This document shows positions 57,861 through 64,000 of a stretch of 64,000 nt of DNA, in pieces. The stretch is taken from assembly GCA_029856045.1 (NCBI GenBank), contig JAHQWG010000012.1, positions 128,001-192,000 of the forward strand. The letters run 5' to 3'. The notes under the pieces are model-generated. The model saw only the letters and a list, made by a program, of their open reading frames with translations. It was not told where the DNA came from and did no database searches. This DNA is from Promethearchaeia archaeon. GTDB taxonomy: Archaea > Asgardarchaeota > Lokiarchaeia > Sigyniarchaeales > SOKP01. Both the position numbers and the translations under genes were made by a program. The first letter of the stretch is position 1; each line of letters opens with the position of its first letter.

Positions 57861-59078
57861 TTGCAAAATTCAAATGCTGTTCTAGAGAAAGAGATGAGAA
57901 ATTATATTCTCGAAATTTGTGAAAAAATTGGACCGCGCCCACCTTGTTCTAAGAAAGAAGCAGAGGGGTCTAAATTTTTTTATAATACAATCAAAAAGTA
58001 TTGTGATAAGATTACCATTGAAAAATTTTATACACATCCCGGAGCATATAAGGCAGCATTTAGAATCCCGATGATTTTTTATATTATTGGAATCTGTTTT
58101 TATTTTTTGTCCCCCTGGTTAAGTTTAATTATTACAGTAATTTCAGTTTTAATTTTATGGGGAGAAATGTGTTTTGTTAAAGAAATTATTGATCCTTTTT
58201 TTTCTAAAAAGAACTCTCAAAATGTTATAGGAAAAATAGAACCCAAGGAAATGAGAAAAAAAATTATAATTATTGGAAGTCATATCGACTCAAATTGGGA
58301 ATTTCCTTTAATTAGAAAAATTCATTCCGGGTTTGCGGTAATTATTGCAATAAATCTATTTTTAAATGTGATTTTATTAGTGATTTTATTAATTCAGAAT
58401 TTCTTGATTATTTTTCAAATGCAAGTAATCTTTTCTAATATTTACTTCTTTTTTTTTTGGATATTTATAGCTGGCGTTCCAATTATCTTAATTCAATTAT
58501 TTTTTATAATTTCAAATCGTTCTGTTATGGGGGCTAATGATAATCTATCAGGAACTGCAGTATGTTATGAATTAGCTAAAAATTTGAACCATCCTAAAAA
58601 TAAGCCTAATTCAGTAGAAATTTGGATTAATTCCTATGGATGCGAAGAAATTGGGTCTAAAGGAAGTAAAGCGTTTGTTAAATCCCATTTAGATGAAATT
58701 AAAAATGGTATAGTAATAAATGTTGATAATGTGGGAAATAAAAATGGGATACTTCAAATAAGTACAACTGAAATTTTTGGCTTAGTGAAAATGGATAAAA
58801 AAATTATAGGGCTTATAAACGAGGTCGCTAAAGAGTTGAATATAAATGTAAGATTGGCTCCTTTAATGGCATATACGGATTCATTAAGCTTTAGCCGTAA
58901 AAATATTGCAACCACTTCAATAAGTAGTATACCACGCTCATCAAAAGAACTTTTTTATCACACAAGGAATGACGTCATTGAAAATGTAGATTTTAAAAAT
59001 TTGGTTAATGTTTTTAAAATATGCATGCAAATTATAAAAAAAATAGATAATTCCTGTTCAAATTCCTACACTGTTTGA
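57861..59078 (+). CDS. Membrane-embedded M28 family peptidase
   Basis: SHIDS, GANDNLSG, CEEIG..GS, NVD, YHT..D; internal TM segments. Confidence 0.9.
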   Translation: MQNSNAVLEKEMRNYILEICEKIGPRPPCSKKEAEGSKFFYNTIKKYCDKITIEKFYTHPGAYKAAFRIPMIFYIIGICFYFLSPWLSLIITVISVLILWGEMCFVKEIIDPFFSKKNSQNVIGKIEPKEMRKKIIIIGSHIDSNWEFPLIRKIHSGFAVIIAINLFLNVILLVILLIQNFLIIFQMQVIFSNIYFFFFWIFIAGVPIILIQLFFIISNRSVMGANDNLSGTAVCYELAKNLNHPKNKPNSVEIWINSYGCEEIGSKGSKAFVKSHLDEIKNGIVINVDNVGNKNGILQISTTEIFGLVKMDKKIIGLINEVAKELNINVRLAPLMAYTDSLSFSRKNIATTSISSIPRSSKELFYHTRNDVIENVDFKNLVNVFKICMQIIKKIDNSCSNSYTV

Positions 59079-59220
59079 GCTACAAGTGATTAATTGCAAT
59101 TTTAATAAAGGATTTAATTAAAACAATATTATATATCTTCTTACTGAGTCTATATTATCAAAAAAAAATAATTTTTTTTTTAGAGTTTAATTATAAACTA
59201 ACTTATGAGGGATATTTTTT

Positions 59221-60696
59221 ATGGGTTTATATGATGAATTAGTCAAAATTGTGGGAAATAAATATTGCTCAGATAAAGATTACATTAATATATCTTATTC
59301 TAGAGGATTGGATCCAGTTCTACCAGAGATTATCCCACAAATCGTGATAAGACCGGAATCAACTGAACAAGTATCTGAAATTGTAAAGATTGCTAATAAA
59401 TATAAAGCCCCAATCTTACCGAGAGGTGGTGGTTGTGGCTTGATGGGAGGTAGTAAACCCATTAGTGAAGAAACAATTTTAGTAGATATGAAAAGAATGA
59501 ATAAAATTTTAGACATTGATGAAGATAATCATTGTGTCACGGTTCAATGTGGAATAAATTGGTCTCAACTCAATGCTAGACTGTTTGATAAAGGTTATTA
59601 TACAGGTAATATGGGTCCTGGAAGTGGGTTAGCCGCTGCAGTCGGTGGAGGGTTATCTCATCATTCAGGAGGTGGTGGGGGTTGTGCAAAGTATGGAGAA
59701 TGCACTGAAAATTGCGTTGATTTAGAAATTGTATTAGGAACTGGGGAAGTTTTAACATTTGGTTCAGGTGCAAGCCAATATGTAAAAAAACCATTTATAC
59801 GGCTTGGTCTTGGTCCTGATTTAATGGGAATTTTCCTTGGAGATAATGGAACAATGGGTATAAAAACTACTGCAACATTAAAAATATATCCTAAACCTCC
59901 ATATTATAGAGGCAAAACTTACTTGCTCGAAAAAGATCCCTATGAAAATTCCTGTAATATGGTTCAAGAAATGATGAAAATGGGTTGGGCAAATCATTTA
60001 GGAATTTATGATTATTTTTTTACACCACCACCTTCTATAATGGGTATAACAGTGGAAAATTTGATTGAAACATGGGGAGATATAAGTGGAGGGGTTGTTT
60101 TTTATGTTACCGAAGCTTACGATGAGAAAATTTTGGAGAGAAACTCGGAAATTTTAGAAAATATCGCAAAAAAATATTCGACCAGAGAATTAGGTCCAAG
60201 TAAAGAGGAGGGAAATATTACTGATTGGTTTTATGGAGAACAAGGACACTGGCAAATATATCATGCCTTATTCTCAGTAATGGGACCAGATTATTTTGCT
60301 TGTACCACTGAAATGAAGGTTCCAATCGTTAAATTTCCCGAAATGCTACATAAATTAGACGATTGGCTAATAAAAAATGAAGAAGCTTTATATGAAGTAG
60401 ATGCAGAAGCGGGAGTCAGTCATGTAGTAATGTTGGATCATAATAGCTGTTATATTGGAAGTGGTTTGTCAGCAACACATGATGAAGAATTAAAAGAAGG
60501 GGTAATTGAACTTTGGCGCAAACAATTTGAATTTATGCTAAAAGAAGGAATGGTATTATACATGTGTGGTCAAATAGGCTCTCAAGTAATTATTGATTCA
60601 AGAGTTTATTCTGAAGAATACTATAATTTTTTCAAACAAGTAAAGAAATTGTGCGATCCTAATAATTTAATAAGTCCAGGTAAGTTTAGATTTTAA
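59221..60696 (+). CDS. FAD-binding oxidoreductase (GlcD-like)
   Basis: PRGGG, DMKRMNKI, G..GTMGI.T, DPNNLISPGK. Confidence 0.9.
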   Translation: MGLYDELVKIVGNKYCSDKDYINISYSRGLDPVLPEIIPQIVIRPESTEQVSEIVKIANKYKAPILPRGGGCGLMGGSKPISEETILVDMKRMNKILDIDEDNHCVTVQCGINWSQLNARLFDKGYYTGNMGPGSGLAAAVGGGLSHHSGGGGGCAKYGECTENCVDLEIVLGTGEVLTFGSGASQYVKKPFIRLGLGPDLMGIFLGDNGTMGIKTTATLKIYPKPPYYRGKTYLLEKDPYENSCNMVQEMMKMGWANHLGIYDYFFTPPPSIMGITVENLIETWGDISGGVVFYVTEAYDEKILERNSEILENIAKKYSTRELGPSKEEGNITDWFYGEQGHWQIYHALFSVMGPDYFACTTEMKVPIVKFPEMLHKLDDWLIKNEEALYEVDAEAGVSHVVMLDHNSCYIGSGLSATHDEELKEGVIELWRKQFEFMLKEGMVLYMCGQIGSQVIIDSRVYSEEYYNFFKQVKKLCDPNNLISPGKFRF

Positions 60697-60779
60697 AAAA
60701 TATTGATCAAAAATTATGAGTGAAAAACCGTAATTAAAATGAAATTATCGAAATAACTAAAAAAAATAGAAGATTAAAA

Positions 60780-62000
60780 ATGACCGGAAAACTAAAAAGA
60801 ATGTCAGAATATGAAGAGAGATTACTTTCCTGTGTTTCAATTGGAGATTGCACAAATGCTATTAAAGGATTTTATAGTGATCCAATACTTGAGGCAACTT
60901 GTCCTATGATTGAACATGGTCCGGGATTTGAAGCTTTCTTAGCTCGAGGAAAATTCACTATCGCACGAGGACTTCTTGATGGAAAGATAGAACCAAGTGA
61001 AGGACTTGCAGAAGTGATTTATCAGTGTACTTTATGTGGTGCTTGCCGAGAAGTATGTAACAATCCTGAAAATCCTTTTATGAAAATTAACGCAAAAGAA
61101 AATATCATAGATCATATAGAAATATGGGAGGCTTTAAGAGCTGACCTCGTAGATGCAGGAGTGGCCCCTATGTCTCGACACAAAGAAATTTTTCAACATG
61201 TCAAAAAGGAACATAACCCTTATTTCGAAAAACATAGTGAACGTTTAAATTGGTTGCCTAAAAATTCAAAATATATATCAAAAGGAGGGGATGCTTTATT
61301 TTTTGTTGGATGTACCTCCGTTTATCGTTTAAATTATGTGTCTTCGACATTTCTTGATATTGCTAATAAGTCAAAAATAAATTTAACAATTTCACCGGAT
61401 GAATGGTGTTGTGGCTCAATAAATCTTAGAACAGGCGATTTAAAAATTGCCAAACAATTAGCACAACATAATTATGAATTATTTAAAAATTCTGGAGTCG
61501 ATAAAATAGTCACGACTTGCGCGGGTTGCTATAGAACTCTAAAGATGGATTATCCTAAATTAATCGATAATTGGGAATTCGAGGTGGTACATTCGATTGA
61601 AATGATAGATGAGTTAATCAAAAAAGGAAAAATAAAAATCTCGAATAAAATTGATGGTGCCATGACATACCACGATCCTTGCCATTTAGGAAGACATTGT
61701 GGAATATATAATGCCCCGAGAAATGTTATTGATGCAATAAGAGCAGATGACTTTGTTGAAATGAGGAGAAATAAAAAATATGCTTTTTGTTGCGGAGCTG
61801 GCGGTGGTGTTAAATCTGGTTTTCCTGACCTTGCACTTGAAATAGCAATTGATAGAATTGAAGAAGCTGAAGATACTGGAGCAAAATATTTAACTACTAC
61901 TTGTCCTTTTTGTCTTAATAATCTAAAAGATGCGGCAAAAGCGAAAAAATCCTCAATAAAAGTTGTTGATCTACTTGAATTAGTAAACATGGCTATTTAA
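60780..62000 (+). CDS. Fe-S oxidoreductase (GlcF/HdrD-like, CCG domains)
   Basis: CTLCGACREVC, CCG, CAGC, YHDPCHLGR, CCGAGGG, CPFC. Confidence 0.92.
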   Translation: MTGKLKRMSEYEERLLSCVSIGDCTNAIKGFYSDPILEATCPMIEHGPGFEAFLARGKFTIARGLLDGKIEPSEGLAEVIYQCTLCGACREVCNNPENPFMKINAKENIIDHIEIWEALRADLVDAGVAPMSRHKEIFQHVKKEHNPYFEKHSERLNWLPKNSKYISKGGDALFFVGCTSVYRLNYVSSTFLDIANKSKINLTISPDEWCCGSINLRTGDLKIAKQLAQHNYELFKNSGVDKIVTTCAGCYRTLKMDYPKLIDNWEFEVVHSIEMIDELIKKGKIKISNKIDGAMTYHDPCHLGRHCGIYNAPRNVIDAIRADDFVEMRRNKKYAFCCGAGGGVKSGFPDLALEIAIDRIEEAEDTGAKYLTTTCPFCLNNLKDAAKAKKSSIKVVDLLELVNMAI

Positions 62001-62096
62001 AAATTAAAAATATGATTTTATTTCAAACCACAATATTTTAACAATTTCTATTTAAATAATTAGGAAAAAAAATTAAGACTTTATGGGTATTTAAAA

Positions 62097-63506
62097 TCAA
62101 AACCTTTTAATTAGCCTAAGGCAAAATTCAATTCCATAACTGAGATTCGGGATCCACATGCGTTCCCCGGTCCCATGTTCCAATTCAATAAATTCTGAGA
62201 AGGACATGTTCGGATCAAGTCTTAAAGGAATAAAACCTAAACAATAAATACCTTTAGATCTAAAGAATTTAGTATCACAAGAGCCAGAGGATAACATCGG
62301 GACAATATTGGCCCCTGAATGCATCTCATTCATAATTTCTTCAATTAAATCATAAAAAAGATCTTTACTTGAATTTATTGTTGCCAATTGTGTGGGTTCG
62401 ATTGGAATTATCTCGATTTTATTAAATAATTTTTTACCTAAAGCTTTTCTAAGATATCCTTTTATTGTTTCACGATCATGCCCGGGTAAAATACGACAAT
62501 CAAACGTCATTTCAGCATATTGAGGGATAACATTGACCTTCTTTCCTGCGTTCAATAGCGTAGGATTTAATATATCGGATACTAGAGGAATTATCAATTT
62601 TGATAAAGGTTGTTTAAACAGTTTTCCTGCTAGATTAAGTGCAGGTCTAATTAATCGTTTAGAGGTTAATATTTTCTTTACAATTCCCGGCAAAGATATT
62701 TTCTTTGCTGTTTCTTTTATAGAATCTTGAATCTCAATTGGCGGTTTGAATTTGGCTATTCGCTGGATAACCTTAGATAAAACATAAAGTGCATTATCAT
62801 CAGGTTTCAACGGCATGGATCCATGACCTCCAATACCTTTGACCCTAATTTTTGTTTCTGCAACTCCTTTCTCTCCAATTTGAGCAACATAATCCTTAGA
62901 ATCCTTACCAAACGGTAATAAAAACCCTCCACCTTCATTGATCACATAATCAACATTCACCTTATCAAAATGATTTTTAATTAAATATCCAACACCTAGC
63001 TCCCCACCCGCCTCTTCATCTGCGGTGAAGCATAATACGATATCGCCTTTTGGGTTATAACCTTCTCTTTTTAAATAAACTGCAGCCATTAATTCGGGAA
63101 CTAAAATTCCTTTACAGTCAAGAGCCCCACGACCCCAAATATATTGGTCAGTTATGTCTCCACAAAACGGATCTCGCTCCCAGTTGGTTGGATCAGCGGG
63201 GACAACATCTAAATGCGCTAATAATAATAAACTTTTAGCATTTGAATCTGAACCTTTCCATCTACAAATGATACTTCCTCTTCTTGGCTCAGACTCAATA
63301 ATTTCTATGTTTTCAAAACCCTCCTTTTCTAAAAGTCTTTTACAATATTCTGCAGCAGGGGTTTCATTACCTGGAGGATTTGTTGTGTCAATCTTAATTA
63401 AATCACTTAATATTTCACATGCTTCTTTCACAACAGGACTACTAACAGGAAACATTAATTTAAATAATTCTTTTTCAGATTTCTCAATAATTTCTTTACT
63501 TGGCAA
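62097..63506 (-). CDS. M20/M25/M40 metallopeptidase
   Basis: TTNPPGNE, AHLDVVP, WGRGALDCK, DEEAGG, NEGG, GHGSMP. Confidence 0.93.
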   Translation of the reverse strand: MPSKEIIEKSEKELFKLMFPVSSPVVKEACEILSDLIKIDTTNPPGNETPAAEYCKRLLEKEGFENIEIIESEPRRGSIICRWKGSDSNAKSLLLLAHLDVVPADPTNWERDPFCGDITDQYIWGRGALDCKGILVPELMAAVYLKREGYNPKGDIVLCFTADEEAGGELGVGYLIKNHFDKVNVDYVINEGGGFLLPFGKDSKDYVAQIGEKGVAETKIRVKGIGGHGSMPLKPDDNALYVLSKVIQRIAKFKPPIEIQDSIKETAKKISLPGIVKKILTSKRLIRPALNLAGKLFKQPLSKLIIPLVSDILNPTLLNAGKKVNVIPQYAEMTFDCRILPGHDRETIKGYLRKALGKKLFNKIEIIPIEPTQLATINSSKDLFYDLIEEIMNEMHSGANIVPMLSSGSCDTKFFRSKGIYCLGFIPLRLDPNMSFSEFIELEHGTGERMWIPNLSYGIEFCLRLIKRF

Positions 63507-63689
63507 GATTAATCATCATTTAATTTTACATAAATTTTTAATTTAGCGATATAATAATTTAAAAATCGTCTATTTCTAAAATAAAAAATATTGGAAAAAA
63601 TTAATGATTTCCTAAATTAAGGTAAATTTTTTATTTTTTTAATTATTTAACAATGTATATTTGGATATATTAACGGAAATTATCATATT

Positions 63690-63983
63690 ATGTCAATTAG
63701 CAAACTGGAATTATTAGGTATGGAAGGAGCTATTGCCAATTATAAAAGGGGTCGGCATTTAATTCACCCAAAATATTGTATTTTACATTTTGATGCTATA
63801 AAATCTAGGAATAAGGCATCTATATTAATAGGCCGAACAGTAGAATGGATTTCGCCGGCAGGAAGATCTTTAAAAGGAAAAATAACAAAACCACATGGAA
63901 ATAATGGAGCAGTTTTAGCCCATTTTAAAAAAGCTGGTTTGCCAGGTCAGGCATTAGGCCAAAAAATTAAAATAATTAAATAA
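63690..63983 (+). CDS. rpl35ae: 50S ribosomal protein L35Ae
   Basis: YKRGRH, GKITKPHGNNGAV.A.F..GLPGQALG. Confidence 0.95.
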   Translation: MSISKLELLGMEGAIANYKRGRHLIHPKYCILHFDAIKSRNKASILIGRTVEWISPAGRSLKGKITKPHGNNGAVLAHFKKAGLPGQALGQKIKIIK

Positions 63984-64000
63984 ATATTAAGTTTAATTTT

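Overview
AT-rich (roughly 27% GC, by eye) archaeal chromosomal DNA. The gene content points to an Asgard archaeon, probably Lokiarchaeia (inference): two Rab-like small GTPases, two longin/uDENN(NPR2)-like proteins, a presenilin-like protease, a proteasome alpha subunit, ribosomal protein L35Ae and a three-gene RFC clamp-loader operon, among metabolic and peptidase genes. I found no CRISPR array, rRNA or intact mobile element. Highlights from reading the sequence directly: (1) two ribbon-helix-helix regulator genes missed by the ORF track, both apparently starting at ATT exactly 6 nt after a GGTGA Shine-Dalgarno motif, plus a CTG-start DUF3795 gene and an XPD helicase whose N-terminus lacks a canonical start; (2) an NPR2/uDENN-like longin fused to an ACT domain directly upstream of a Rab-like GTPase, a candidate ligand-gated GTPase regulator; (3) a tRNA-Arg(GCG) with two non-canonical introns (D-loop and T-loop); (4) an RFC operon whose second small subunit looks catalytically dead, like eukaryotic Rfc5; (5) a 1562-aa protein with 348-nt and 360-nt periodic helical repeats. 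All family assignments come from motif recognition, not database searches.
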